Shown piece by piece: positions 45,382 through 58,800 of a DNA stretch of 64,000 nucleotides. The translations under genes and the position numbers were made by a program. Origin of the DNA: Microthyrium microscopicum (taxonomy: Eukaryota). The notes beneath the pieces were generated by a model that was not told the DNA's origin, searched no databases, and saw only the letters and a list, made by a program, of their open reading frames with translations. The stretch is from NCBI GenBank assembly GCA_010405405.1, contig MU004235.1, positions 696,538 to 760,537 of the forward strand, read 5' to 3'. The first letter of the stretch is position 1. Each line of letters opens with the position of its first letter.

Positions 45382-47751
45382 ATGTCCTATCATCCTCAGG
45401 ACCGCGCCTATCCTCCTCGGTCCGACCAGCCTCCAGCAAGCGGTCCTCCTCACCATCCTCCTCCAGCTCCAGCTAGCGATCAACCCGCTCCGCCTGCCCA
45501 TCAACATCCTCCTCCAGCGGCAGGATACCACCCGCCCCCGCCTAGTGACCCGGCTGCCAGCTATTACGGTCGACCCGCTGAACACCCACCACCACCCTAT
45601 ACTCATCCTGCGCACGGCTATCCTCCACAGCCTCCGCATCACGCGCAAGGCGAATATCCGCGACAGGAGTGGCATCAGTCTGCTTTGCCTCATCATCCAG
45701 CGCCGCCCGGGTCAGGACCACCACCGCCGGCTACTTCGTATCCTCCTCCGTCTCACCATCCTACAGCGCATCACCCACCGCCCGCTGGACCTCACTATCC
45801 TCCTCCACCATCAGCGTATGGTAGACCTCCGCCAGGCTCACAAGCCCCCCCACACTATCCCCCTCCACCTTCGGTCAGTTTTATCATTTTCCCTCGATAG
45901 CAGATCGCTTGGCGGGTAGCGAACATTCAGTTCTTGAAAAACAACATTGAGATTAATGGCTTTTGCGACAAATTCAATTGTCGAGGTCAATATGCCCATA
46001 AAATTGTAGTTTTGTAGGCGGTTGCTGAATCTTCAATTCTTGCCTTTCAGCATGATTTGTATTGCTCTCGTCAATCTAGAGTTGGGGAAGCCTTCCGATA
46101 CGACGAGGATGAGCAGATATTATTTTGACTTGCGACGCTAACTTATACCAGGCACACGGAGCGCCTCCCACAGACCCAGCATACGCCCATCCTCCGCCAT
46201 TGCCACCACCCTATCCTCCTCACGCGTATGAAGGTTACTATCGTGCTCCGTATGATGGCCGCCCACCGCATCCCGGATACGGACCCGGTCCTGCGCAAGC
46301 TCCAAGACAGCGAACAGCAATCGCTTGCAAGTATTGCCGAAAACGAAAGGTGAGTGTTTTGTGAAAGAACTCTTGATATTGCTCCAAATCCTCTTGCTAC
46401 TGTAAACTTGGAAAAATGGCGAAAATGGTGACGAAAGCCTGAAAAAAAGATCTGTGAAATCGATCGGCTGCTTTTGGCGATGCCCAGTTTGATACTGAGC
46501 GGCATATCGCCTATCTGTGTTACTGCATTTTCAACCAATCATACATGGGATCCGACTGACTTTATCTTCCAGATTCGCTGCTCCGGATTTGAGTCGGCTG
46601 AAGGAAGATGTACCAATTGCATTCGCTTTTCGCAAGAATGTGTCTTTGCGCCAGTTGCATCTCAGCAAGCTCAAGCATTTGTTCCCTACAATGCTTACAT
46701 GAATGCAAGTATGAAACATGGAGAGACGGCACCACCATTGTATGGAGCATATGGACAGCCATTACGAGCAGATCATGGTGGTGGTGGAAGTAGTGGCGGA
46801 TACTCAAGAGGCCCCCCGCCACCTGGTTCGTACCCTCCTCCGCATGGAGCATATCCACCACCTGCGCATCCAGGATACATGATGCCTCCTCCATATGGTG
46901 CGCCGCCGCCGCATAATGGAGATCACCAATACCCTCCACCAGGACCGCCGGGACCACCGGGACCACCACACGCTGCGTCGCAGCCACCGCCTGCTCCTGT
47001 ACATACTCCAACATCCGAGTCGTCCACTGGTCGAAAACGGCCCGCAGATGAGCCTTTGTCACCAAATCTCCCGCCACCAAATCCAGCGGCATCTTCAAGT
47101 CTGCCCAGAACACTCGCGCCAGAGTTGAACGCTGATGCTCGTTATGGGGAACCGAGCACTTCTGCGGCTACTCATTCGCCATCATCAACAACGTCACCAT
47201 ATCACTCAGGGCCTCCACCACCGTCTCACCCTTCGTATCCGTATCACGGCAGCTATGGACATCCACCTCATAGACCGGAACCATCGCGTAGTGAATCGTC
47301 TGCGCATGGCCCATATCCACCAGCTGGATCTCAGGCACATACTCCTACATCTCCGAGCACTGTGACTTCTGCAGGAGCATCAAGTGGCGCATACCATTCA
47401 TATCCAACCTCGGCTAATGGCGCTCACGTTCCCAAACCTGAGGCAAAAGAATCCAATTCGCCGGCGACACCATTGGCGACTCTTCCTCCTCCTCATTCCG
47501 TGTCAGCTGGTCCAGTGCAACCATTGTCAGCACCGGCAACTAACGGCTCTCATGGCAGAGTTTCTCCCGCTAGCAACTCGACTTCGCATTCTGCCCAGCG
47601 AAGCCCAACCAGTGCCCATGCGAACGGACGATCAGGGATGAGTATTAGCAATATGATCTCTGACGGCGGACGTGCCAGTGATTCATCCATCGACTCGGCC
47701 ATGAAGGCTAGACTAGGATCCAGCCAACCACCATATGCAGCCAAGTCCTAA
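45382..47751 (+). CDS. Pro/His-rich Zn(II)2Cys6 transcription factor (tentatively McrA-like); exons 45382-45873, 46152-46349, 46573-47751
   Basis: PRQRTAIACKYCRKRK|IRCSGFESAEGRCTNCIRFSQEC binuclear cluster split by an intron; both introns GT..CTRAC..AG, phase 0; C-terminal MSISNMI motif. McrA similarity is from memory and unverified. Confidence 0.9.
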
Positions 47752-49889
47752 ACGCGGATTTGACCACATGGCAGCAAAAAATGCTATGCCGTTCACGCTG
47801 TACTTGCGAGATGCCGGGCACGGCAGTTCTCCAACTCTATGATTACGCTACTTATGGCAAGAACATATTGAGTGCTCTGCACCCGTTGGCACTGATCGGT
47901 TTTGATTTGTTTTTGTCCTTTTCAGTTTTGGAGTTTGGGTGGACTTTCGAAGCACATGTTATCGCAGTCACCCACACCAATGTTTCCGCTTGCAGATGAT
48001 TCGAAATCTATTTAGGCGGTATTGTAATGCTTTTTGGTTCAAGGACTTTTCCCCGGTTCGGTGCCAGTTTTGATTCTATGCTCGCGGTTGTTTGTGTTTT
48101 CGTCTTGAGAGCAATGGTCTAGAAGATTCTGACCCTACGGTTTGCTCACATTTCCTTCATATTGGTCAAAAAAAGGTGCTCGATGCGCCAGCTTCTGATC
48201 CACCTAGCGTGGACGATCAACTGTGTTCTGCTATGGAATAGCAGCGACATAGCTGACCTGGTTTGGTAATGTTTTCGAGTTTTTAGATCCAAAACGGTGG
48301 TCCTCACGGACTGAGTGCTTGTGCTTCCGTTTATTTCTGCTTTTCTTGTAACGAATTTTCTTTCTGTCCAACTCGTATTACTGTCCGATTGACTATCCGT
48401 TTTCTTGCGTCACTATTATTCTGTATTTCGTTTTGCTTTTTTGGAAGTATATCTAGTACCCCTTCTTCTGGAGGGTTTAACATGGGAGGCATTTTTGACA
48501 CATTTCGATTCAGCTTGGGAGGCCTTTTGTTTTTCACATTGCACTTATACACACTCAAATTGGCGCGGTCTTGCGGTCCTTTTACTCATTTCTGGAAGGT
48601 CTTTTCCTATCGTTACTACGCTATATTGAATGGTCTTCTTATTGGTAGCTCATCAGCTGTATCAACCCCTTGTTGTTGACAACAAGAACCACATGCCAGC
48701 AATGGCTATCTACCTCTTTGTTCAAGTAAGAAGCTTGTCTAAAACGCGTTGTTTGTTTTGAACCTTGCGAGCTCTAGCTTTGGTGTTGCTGTGGAGGAAG
48801 GAAATCCAGGCTCCATTAGAGAGCAACATATATGACAATAATCCAATACATAATTCGGGACAAAAAGACAACTAGACTTCTCGGTTCCTCTCTAAACGTA
48901 TGACCCTAAACTTTGAAACATCTTGCCCTCCAAACACCATCGTCATATCATGACTGTTCGTGGTTTGCATGTCGTTTCTCCTCAGTTTCGAAACAGTTTA
49001 TGCCCTAGAGCTACCTGGGGTTGTTACTTTTTGTGCTGGTATACGCCTTGCCAGGGCCCGTCGCGCTGCAACCGCCCGTCCCGTCTTGCTGAAACGGCTA
49101 TCTGCCGCATCGTGCTGCAACTGCGGTTGCGCCCTGGCGCGGGTCGCGGGTGGCACGTGAAAAGGGATTGGATGTCTGACATTGGTGTCGCCGCTGTTGC
49201 GAACACAGCCTGCCGACAGGGGTCAATAGTCCTACTCGGGGAGGTTTACCAAATAGTGAGAATTTTTGAACGTGATGAGAGATTGCCTATGTCGTTTGTT
49301 GATGCGACGTCAGATTAGGCTTTTTTCTGCTCGTGGTTGCTGTTGACCATTTTCCCAAGACGGAAGGTGGTTAAGCTGGGGGCTGACATTTGGCTGGAAA
49401 TTCCGACGTAGAATACTTCAGGGCAGTCAATCAAGCGCGCACAGCAGTCTGATGCTGGAAGCCATGGGTAAACATATATGTTGGCCAAAAGATATTGAGC
49501 TACTGACCGGTCAATTAGTGTTTTAATATTCTCTCTCTTAGAATTGCAGTTTTACAAATAGAATTGGAGCTAGGAGGCTTCGGGCCGATCGGAAGCTCGG
49601 GTCGTGCCGGTGAATCTGGATCTAGCTTAGCGTGGGTCGTGGAAACGATTGCCTAGTTGGGACTTCTCTTCATCTGTTCCGTGTCTAGAATTTGTTAGAG
49701 CTGGAGGATTTCTTTGTTGGTGTTGATTGAGCATCTGTAAGTAGGGAAACAACGATGAACACTCTTATCACTGTCTCCCGTTCCACAGGCTTAGCTCACC
49801 AGATGCAGTTCTTCATAGAAAGAATTTCCCATGTAAAATCACACATTCCTTGAGGACATTTCATGAACCTATAAGCATCCTCTATCGCA

Positions 49890-50160
49890 CTCGACGGCTA
49901 CCATAGGATGCGTTCTAATCGAGCGCTATGGGCGCCATCGAATACAATAGGTGTACAACGGTTTCACCACGAGAAGACCAAATAGTCCTTTCAACTACAT
50001 GTTTTGGCGATATCTATCCATACCAAAAACACAATATCTCCCAAAACCCTCGACGACTCCCATAGAATAAGGTTCTGACTGAGTGATATGGGCGTCATCG
50101 AATGCGATTCGTGTTTTACATGTTTACCGCGAAAGACCAAATGATCTTTTCAGGCGTGTT
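49890..50160. repeat. Degenerate ~160-bp tandem duplication
   Basis: tcgacggctaccatagg..tatgggcgccatcgaat..gaagaccaaat (from ~49891) versus tcgacgactcccataga..tatgggcgtcatcgaat..aaagaccaaat (from ~50051). Confidence 0.7.
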
Positions 50161-50983
50161 GGCTTTGATTGTAAACTTAGACTGAAAGCTTCCCGTGGAG
50201 TCACGACTTGTCTTAGAAGCAAGCACTTCATCATGGCAGCAGTTACCTGTCATGCAGCGGAATCCTCGTTGAGAAATCACGATAAAGCTTCGGCTAGTCG
50301 ATTTGTTCGACTAGATAGCATCAGTATATATTCTTTTTCGACTGATCGATGTGGACAGGCCAAGATACAGACCAAGTTTCTACATGCCTATCAGCTCTGG
50401 CCAACTCACTTTCATTCCGAGTTCACAGTGTAAGGGAAGAGTATTTTCTACCAAGCGGATTCATTTGCTATTACTAGCGAAAGATGGGCTTCAACATACA
50501 CTCGCATGTGCCTCCATCACTCGCATAATACCAACAACCCAGGAAGACTAATTTCCAATCCGACTAAATATACAAACCAATTCTCATCATCCATAGAGCA
50601 TCAAATGGTTCCCTATGCTCGGCGCACTTCCAAAATGAACAGGCCGTGTTTTCTGTTCGTCGTGACGCCATCAAATAACAATATGGATGCCTTGCATCCT
50701 GTGGAAATTATAGCACCCGATCAGAAACATGTTATGTGAGAGCGATCAAATGTGCTGGTAGCCACCACTAGCTCTGGTACTTTCAACTGTCGTCCAACAA
50801 TGTGTATCGACTCGAGGAAAGGGTATCGCGCGCAAGCAATTCCGTATAAATATACGTGTTCAAAAAAATATGCTGTCCATGCAAAACGCTTCAAAATGCA
50901 ACAATCCATGGGGTATCTTGGGTATTTTGTGGAAGAAAAAGAAATGACAGAGTCCTCGAACTCTGTAGGGGAGAGGAGTGTCT

Positions 50984-53900
50984 TCAAGACGAATGGCGCG
51001 CCTTAAGGTCGGCCATCTTGCGACCAGGAGCCGTGATCGCTCGCTTGAAGAGCTTCATAGCACCCTTGCGGAAGCTGCGGCGTTTTGGTACGTCAGGCAC
51101 TGGTGAGTGATTCTCCACGTCATCAGCGACCTCCTCGTTAGAGACCTCCTCGTTAGAGACCTCCTCGTCAGCGACCTCCTCGTCAGCGACCTCCTCAGAG
51201 AAGAACTCCTTATCAAAGGCCTCCACATCGAAGACCTCCTCGTTAGGGACCTCCTCAGAGAAGAACTCCTTATCGAAGGCCTCCACATCAAACACTTCCT
51301 CTTCCAAAACGTAAAGAGGGTGGTTACGTTCTGAGGAGTTGAGTGCATCCCGCACAGTTGGTGAGTCCACAAGAGTGTAGGAATCGTCCGCGAAGGCAGG
51401 CGTACACCCCAGAGGAGACCACGGGACGACAGGTCGAGGAAGAGGAGTGGTCACAAAGATACCAAAGCCAGATCCAACCGGAAGAGCCAGACTCAACTCA
51501 GGCGTTGGGGGAGTGAGCATTATAAGAGGGAGTGGAGAGCCATCGAGTAGATCAACTGGCGCTTTCCGTTTTGGAGTAGACGGCTTATACTCATTTGAGC
51601 TGCGATCAAGCCGACTCCAGACATCGTCTTGCTCCTTCTGCCCTTGTGCATAGGGAGCATTGCCCACATGGGCGTCCATCACGGCGCATAGCTCAGCCTT
51701 GTCCAGGCAAGCAGCAAAATAATCTTTCATCGATTCGTTAATTGCGCCTTTGGACTCGGTTGGCTGTTGGAGGGTCTCCGTAAGGCTATTGCTGCCTTTT
51801 TCGAGTTCTTTCTGCTTTATGGTTGCCAGAGAGGTTGTGGCGACTTGTTCCTCCCGCTGTTGTATATCTTGTTCCTCATTGATGCTGTCAATAACAGCCG
51901 CAATATCTTCAAGCGTAAACTTCGAGTCGTCGCTGTCAGATCCGAGCAGACGGGCAGCAGCATCAACTTTCTGCTTCAAGTCACAGATTTCAACGTTGGC
52001 GGTCCGTAATTCCTCCGCCAGGCCTTTCATCGTGCCGTCATTTGACCCAAGCAGCTCGGCCGCGGCGTTAACCTTCTGTCTCAAATCACAGAGCTCAGGA
52101 TTAGCATTCCGCAAGTTCTGGCTGACGCTGTCTATGGTGGCATTTTTGCCCTCAATCTCAGCTTGATGCAAGCTGACTTGAAAGTCGCGAGCCTGCTCAC
52201 AGTTTGCCTTGTACTGTGCGAACTTTTTGCAGGCCGAGTCCCATCTGACTGTCGCCAGTTCGAGAGTCAGAAATTGCTTCGAAATAATGCTGTACGAGAG
52301 CTGCAGAAGATCATTCGCTTTAGCAGCACATCCATCGCGCTTGGGCGATAGCTCTTTGAGGACTCCTTGTTGTAGTTCCGCATTACTTCGAAGACTTCTC
52401 AGTTCCTCAAGATGCTCGACGCCAAATTTTGCTTTACTCAGGCTTTGGACAATGTCATGCTGTGAGATCAAAAGATCATTGGTGACTGCAAGCTCCTCGT
52501 TTAACTCGCCAAGCCGATCTGTGCAAATGTCTACGATGTCTTTGGCCTCGTCGAGATCAGACTCTAGTCGCGTGGCTCTTGACTTCAACTTCGCGTCCTC
52601 GGAGTCAGAAACTTCAGGTGTGCTGAGACAACCTTTGCTTTGAAGGCCCTGAAGTCGCTCCTCTGCGATATCCTTCCAGTCAGAGAGCTCCTCCTTGAGC
52701 TGCAGCTTGTCTCCTTTCAGCTGCATATTTTCTCCTTCGAGGCTTCCATTCTGTTGTCCGAGCACACTATTCATTTCTGCAAGCTCCTCGTTGCCGATCT
52801 CTAATTCAGCCGCTTTCCTAAGACTCTTTGCACATTCCTTTGACCAGTAAATGGCTGCAAACTCTGGGTCTATTGGAGCCCGCTCTTCCAACTTCGCCAT
52901 GAGATCATCCAGTGTAGCATCAACTGTCGGAACAACAACATCGCAACCGTGATCTGAGGATCGAACGTCCCAAGTCGACTGATGGCGTCGGAGCTTGCAT
53001 GAGCTTTCCGGCATAGAAAGGAACAATTGCTCTGAGTTGTCATCCTGGTCGTTGAGTTCTACGAAGCTAGACGCCTCGCTGTCCTCATCTGCACTTTGAT
53101 CGGCAGTATCGAACTCCTCGTCAGTGATATCAGGAGAGCTAGTTTCAACTTTCCCACGTGCGCTTTCAACAAGAAGGTGACTCTCGGCATCTTCCCAATC
53201 GTCAGCATCTTCAAAACCATGAAACTCGGGATCATGGCTGTCACGGAGAGGCAATTTGCTTTCACCGTGACTTGACTTTGATGTATTGATCGAATGATCA
53301 TCATAGTGGTCCCGAAGACGCGAAGCAACGAGATCCGTAAATGGAGAGATCAGACGATCGACTTGGTGAAACCCGTCATTGCTTTCTTCAGCCTCGGCGG
53401 CACGTCTGGCAGCAACCGGCCATTTTTCGTCGAACTTGCGTAGACGTGCTGGCTTCATAGAAGGACTACGATGAACTTCACGACGTCGAGGCTGCTCTAA
53501 AAGTTGTGCGCGATTTTCTTCAGGCTCAGACACGGGTTCTAGCGTTAGAGCCTTGAACTCACGTACTTGACATAGTGGTCCTCCAATTTCGTCTTGCCAC
53601 ACGATGGACTTTCCGTTCTTCGGTCGCGAGCCTTTCAAACTGGAAACTAGAGTGACCTCGCTTAGGTCATCGTCTGCTGTCAGCCAGACGTCTTTCTTCG
53701 AATTCTTGGCTATGTGATGAGCAACTTCGCCTTTAGGCTCAAGCGCAGCCCCGTTGCGATTTTCGTGGTTGGCGGGAACATTCAGAGCAATACCAGCCTC
53801 AGTGATGTTCTCCTCTATATTTTCAAGGATGGCGGGCTGTTCTAAGAGAGGCAACCGTAGGCTGCGAGCTCTAGAAACGCCGGAGGGTAGGGGAATTCGA

Positions 53901-54045
53901 CTATTTTTGTGACCTCGAAGAGTCTTGATAGCCCGCGCAGGTTGTTCTGGGCTGTTGGTAATGTCCTGTACGGGTTAGCGACTGTCGAAGGATGGCTCGA
54001 TATTGCAAAACTTACCTCGAGAGGACGACGAATTGAAGGGGACAT
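50984..54045 (-). CDS. Acidic coiled-coil protein of unknown family (~1000 aa); exons 54045-54016 and 53965-50984
   Basis: GTAAGT...GCTAAC...CAG intron (54015-53966) links MSPSIRRPLE to DITNSPEQ... in frame with the 956-aa ORF; heptad-rich middle region; acidic repeats at the C-terminus. Confidence 0.85.
51120..51305 (-). repeat. Coding minisatellite: 15-bp (EEVxx) units and two 60-bp units (EEVFDVEAFDKEFFSEEV)
   Basis: Repeated gacctcctcgttaga / gacctcctcgtcagc units and duplicated cagagaagaactccttatc.aaggcctccacatc. Confidence 0.9.
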
Positions 54046-54064
54046 ATTTGAGAGGATGTTTCGT

Positions 54065-54260
54065 GATTGATTGATTGATTGATTGATTCACACTTCAATG
54101 AATACACCGGAGAAGAGTTGATGTTGATGATGATGGGTTTGTAGTCGAGGTTTGTTTAAAGTTGTGATGTATTTGGAGTCGTGATATGGTGGAAGCTGTG
54201 ATGTGATGAGAGCTGTGATGTGGTGGAAGCTGTGTTATGGTGGAAGTTGTGGTGTGGTTG
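54065..54260. repeat. (GATT)6 at 54065-54088 and ~4.5 copies of a 17-bp unit (GTGATRTGGTGGAAGCT) at 54181-54260
   Basis: Direct reading; lies in the 5' flank of the coiled-coil gene. Confidence 0.85.
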
Positions 54261-55870
54261 GGAAAAGCTGGAGAGCCTTGGAGCTTGGAGAGGATGGGTG
54301 CTTATGTAGTCCCCGAGCTTGAAGCTGAAGTGACTGGAGAGTGTCTAAAAGTAAACAAGGTTAGCTGAAAGCGACTCAATCGGGTTTCTGACAAGTGAAG
54401 ACAGTGGTAGGTGCGTCGAGTTATGTGGAGGTGATGGCCAGCAAATGTAAACAATCGCCGTCTATGTCGCTCTGGAACCACACAAGATAGCTGCCACGAG
54501 TCCATCTCTGGTTAATTTGAACTTACTAGGTCTTGATTAAGAGCTTGTTCAGATTTCAGGGAGAAGGACTGAATTGCAAAAGGTCTGAGGCTGGGTCGTT
54601 GTTCGAACGGTTCAGAAGCGGTGGGTGGGAGAAGGATCGGAGTAGGAGGAGGTTTTCGGGAGCTGAACAGCTTATAAGTAGAATGTATAGCATTGAAGAC
54701 TCGTGCAAAGTGACTGAAGGCGCTCCAGTTGAGCGTCACGCAAAGCTGGTTGCCGGGTTATTATTCAGTGACTGACAAACCACCTTAAAAAGTCAACAAT
54801 GTCGAGACGCCGCGTCACTGAACGCATGTTAGAGCATATCTCTGGCGATTCTGCACATTTACGGCTTATCGCATAGAGACTTTGCTGGCTATATATCGTG
54901 ACGTTGCGCTACATGAGCTGATATGTGATCAAGGCGGCGCATATCACTGCGACTTTCCCAAGTCAATGCAGATTTATGTTTCATAAGGAAAGCGGGAATA
55001 GGTTTCATAGCACTGTAGACACTTAGCAAAATATCTTACAGTGAGATGATCGATTTTATACATTGGTAACCATGAGCAGAACTGAACACAAACCTATTGC
55101 TGCTATTCAACCCCCAAAGAATCGGATTGCATAGCTTGAAATCTCCTTCTCTAGATTCACATGCGCTTGGAATGTCACCAAGAACCTAGAGCATTCAGTC
55201 TAAGGATCTTTGCCAAACACAAGGATTTTCACGGTAGGCCACTTGTGCCAACAATCATCCGTCCTAAAGGTTTAGACCAAATCATCTAAGAATCTCAAAC
55301 TCATGACTTAACAAATGTGGGGGCATAGACTCGAACCTAGTTTTTGGTGTCCCTCTAGCATGCCCCAATCTATTTTTCTCGCATACAGTGTGGGACAAAA
55401 GCTCCCGATTCAGGGGATAATAATGTAAACAATGAAGAAGACGTTGAAAGGGGCTAGAAGTTCCGATCTTATCTAATCACCGATCTAAAGCCGAGAATTG
55501 GCTGGCACCTTGAGCAACTTGATCCGTGACGCTTGCAGGGGTTGTCCCTAAGAACGCGGGTTGCAGCAGGCGCAACTCACGACATGTTGACCAGCTCCTT
55601 CCTCGTTGAAACTTCACCTTCTCACCTGCTGACTCTGGAGCGCAGCTTCCATTTCGAATGTTCACTGGCAACATTGATGAAATGGCAGTCGCAACCGTCG
55701 AATACCCCGCCTTTCATTGAGCAATTTGCTTTGTCTTTCCACCATCACCATCGCGTCTCCATTTTCATCAAAGAAAGTCTGCTATCAAATCACCGAATCA
55801 AAACCCATTCGCTGACCGAAATACCTCAAGTCACAATCAGCCAATACACTCGCCAGTAGGCTCGGCTACA

Positions 55871-58800
55871 ATGCTTTCCATAGAGAAGGGCGCAGCTCAA
55901 TCTGGCCCTCATGTACCTCCGAACACCAAGTTTACCGGCAATGACAGAGAACAACGACACCAAGCAGCCAAGCTACTATGGAGCTATTCATTGCGAAAAG
56001 CTATCGATGAAGGTCTCATGGCAGACCCCGATGTGCCGCGTCGCCTCGAAGATGCTATCACCGTCGTCGGAACTTGCGACCAGATGTGTCCGGAGATGGA
56101 GATTGCTCAGCGTTCCTTGCGCAACGAAGTCCACATTTTGGAATATGTAAGTCTTTCTACTATAGATGTAAACGTATGCATAGAGATAGATCGCTAATTA
56201 TGCTTCTACCATCAGGATAGTGGCCGCTGGGCTCCCGAGTACATGATCAAAATGTTTCGACGTCCAGACGCGGGTGCTCCGCCTCAACAGCCTATGGACC
56301 TTCGACCACCAAGCCAGCTTAAAATAACACTCGAATACCTCATTGCGCTGATAGACGCTTATGACGACGAACTACGGAATATACACGAATTTATATGGGA
56401 TCGAACTCGAGCGATTCGCAACGACTTCTCTATTCAGCGGGTTCGAGACCTTGCGGGCGTCAAGATTGCCATTTGGTGCTTCGAGCGCATCTTTCGCTTT
56501 CATCTGCTCACATTGCATCAAGTTGGTGGTAAACCTAAGCCCCAGCCCGACCATTCCCAAGTCAAAGTGAAAGAGGATCTTCCAGAAGGACGATATTCGC
56601 ATAGCCAGGACATGGAACAAGGCATCAAGGCACTCCTATCTTTGCTCGAATACTACGAACATGCTCACGACCTTGGCTATCAACCTCCAAACGAGCCCGA
56701 ATTCCAGGCCTATTGGATCATTACACGAATTCCTCAACAGTCTGTTCGCGCAAGAGGTGTCGTCGAACGGACTATCAACAATTGGCCAATACGGCTGCAA
56801 CAGCATCCTCGAATTGTCACCGCCCTCGAACTTTTTCGCTCTGCTTATAACTCAACTGATTTTCATGGCCGAAATGGAGTTGTAGGCATGCAAAATTATG
56901 AGAGATTCTGGATGGTGGTAGAATCGAGCAAATGCACCTACCTCATGGCCGCCGCTGCAGAAATCTCTTTTGATATTGTTCGCAAAGTCGCGCTCTTCAC
57001 AGCTGCCAAAGCCTACAGTCGAGGCCGACGCACTGTCACAGAATACAGCGCATATGATGTCCAAAATGAGCTGCTTCATTTTGACAATGCAGATGATACG
57101 TTGAGTTTTATTCGAAGTCACAACATGCAATACATCGAGATCGACGACTTCAGAGAAGTTCTTGATCTAAGCGGTGGCAAGAACCTAGACTATGAAATGT
57201 TTTCGCAACACACAGCACCACGTCTTCAATACTTTTCCGAAAGTTTAGTCGAACGAAAGCGTTACGGCCGCAAATTTTCGGCCATCATCCATGGCTATGG
57301 CGTCTGGGAAGCTGACGAACTTGGTCTTGTGGAACACAATGAACACACACGAGGCCTTTTTGATGATACCGATGATGAAGTGGATTCGGAGACGGGCGGA
57401 GACGCCATCACTCAGAAGCCTGAGCCAGTACCTATCGAGCAACGCGTCAAAGCTGTACCACGATCTCGACCTCTAGCTTCTCGCGTCAATGCTCAGCAGA
57501 ACCCACAGATAGCCAACAATGGGCCACCCATCGATCCCGCACTTACTTCTCAAACACAGTCTGGATTGTTTACTCAAACTCCGTTCAGTTTTGCTACTCA
57601 AGCACCGTCTGGAGTGGGTTCTACTCCACAATTTGCACCTGCTTCTCAATCCCCGTTTGCTTTTGCTCCTCAAGCACAGCCTGGCAATACTTTACAACCA
57701 CAGCCTGGAAATGCTTCTCAACCACAGCCTGGAAATTCTTCTCAACTACAGCCCGCCCTGGACAGCTTAGAACAGTCTGGTCTCCGCGCCACAGGACAAC
57801 AACAGTCTCTACCTGCGAGCCAAGCACCGTCTCACTCGATCTTTGCATCAGGACAGCAGCTGACATCTGCTGCTCCGGCACAGTCTAGCCTTGTCTTTGC
57901 TGCCCCACAACCGTCGGGTGCTTCCTTGCCTTCGGGACAACAGTCTTTACCTGATAGCCAAGCACTCTCAAATCCATTCCAATCGACTCAACAGCCTGTA
58001 TCTGCTGCTCCGGCACAGTCTGGCCTTGTCTTTGCTGCCCTACAACCGTCGGGTACTTTCTTGCCTTCAGGACAACAGTCTTTACCTGATAGCCAAGCAC
58101 TCTCAAATCCATTCCAATCGACTCAACAACCTTTAACTGCTGCTCTGGCACAGTCTGGCTTTGTCTTTGCTGCCCCACAACCGTGGGGTGCTTTATTGCC
58201 TTCAGGACAGCAACCTTTACCTGCTAACCAAGCACCATCTAATCCCTTGCAATCATTTCAACAACCTTTAACTGCTGCCTCGGCACAGAGTGATTCAATT
58301 TTTGCATTGGGACCTCGATCTGCATTTACTCCCTTGGCACAGTCTGGTCCAGCATTTCCCTCAGGACAGCAATTCGCCTTTGCTGCTCCAACACAGCCTG
58401 CAATATCTCCAACAGGTCAACAAGCTCTATTTGCTACTCCACAACAAGCTCAGCCCCTGAACGATGACATGATCATTAATACTGAAGTCATTCCTCAGCG
58501 CGATCCTAATAGTTATCAGCAATTGCAGCCCTCGCCTGCCTATACACGGCGATTTTCTGGACTCGTCTATTCACCAGGACAAAAATCCATATTTGCACCA
58601 GAAGATGAGCCTGGTTATGTCATCGCTAACCCGCCTTCATCTTCTCCACTTTACCCAGTCGACATCAGCCAACAGACTCAGACCGTCAGTAACGAAATGG
58701 ACATTAACAATGTACCTATTCCTCCACGTCAGCCCGGTTTTAGCACTCCGTCGCAACCATCAATCTTCTTGAGACGGCCTTTCAAGGATAACAACGAGAC

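Noticed and set aside
45275..45919. 214-aa alternative-frame ORF and antisense ORFs over the Zn2Cys6 gene
   Set aside because: Shadow ORFs caused by Pro-rich CCN codons.
51120..51305. Regularly spaced repeats as a CRISPR-like array
   Set aside because: Eukaryotic context; units are in-frame coding repeats without unique spacers.
55318..55367. GGTTCGAGTC B-box-like motif in a small hairpin as a tRNA
   Set aside because: No cloverleaf, D-arm or A-box can be built.
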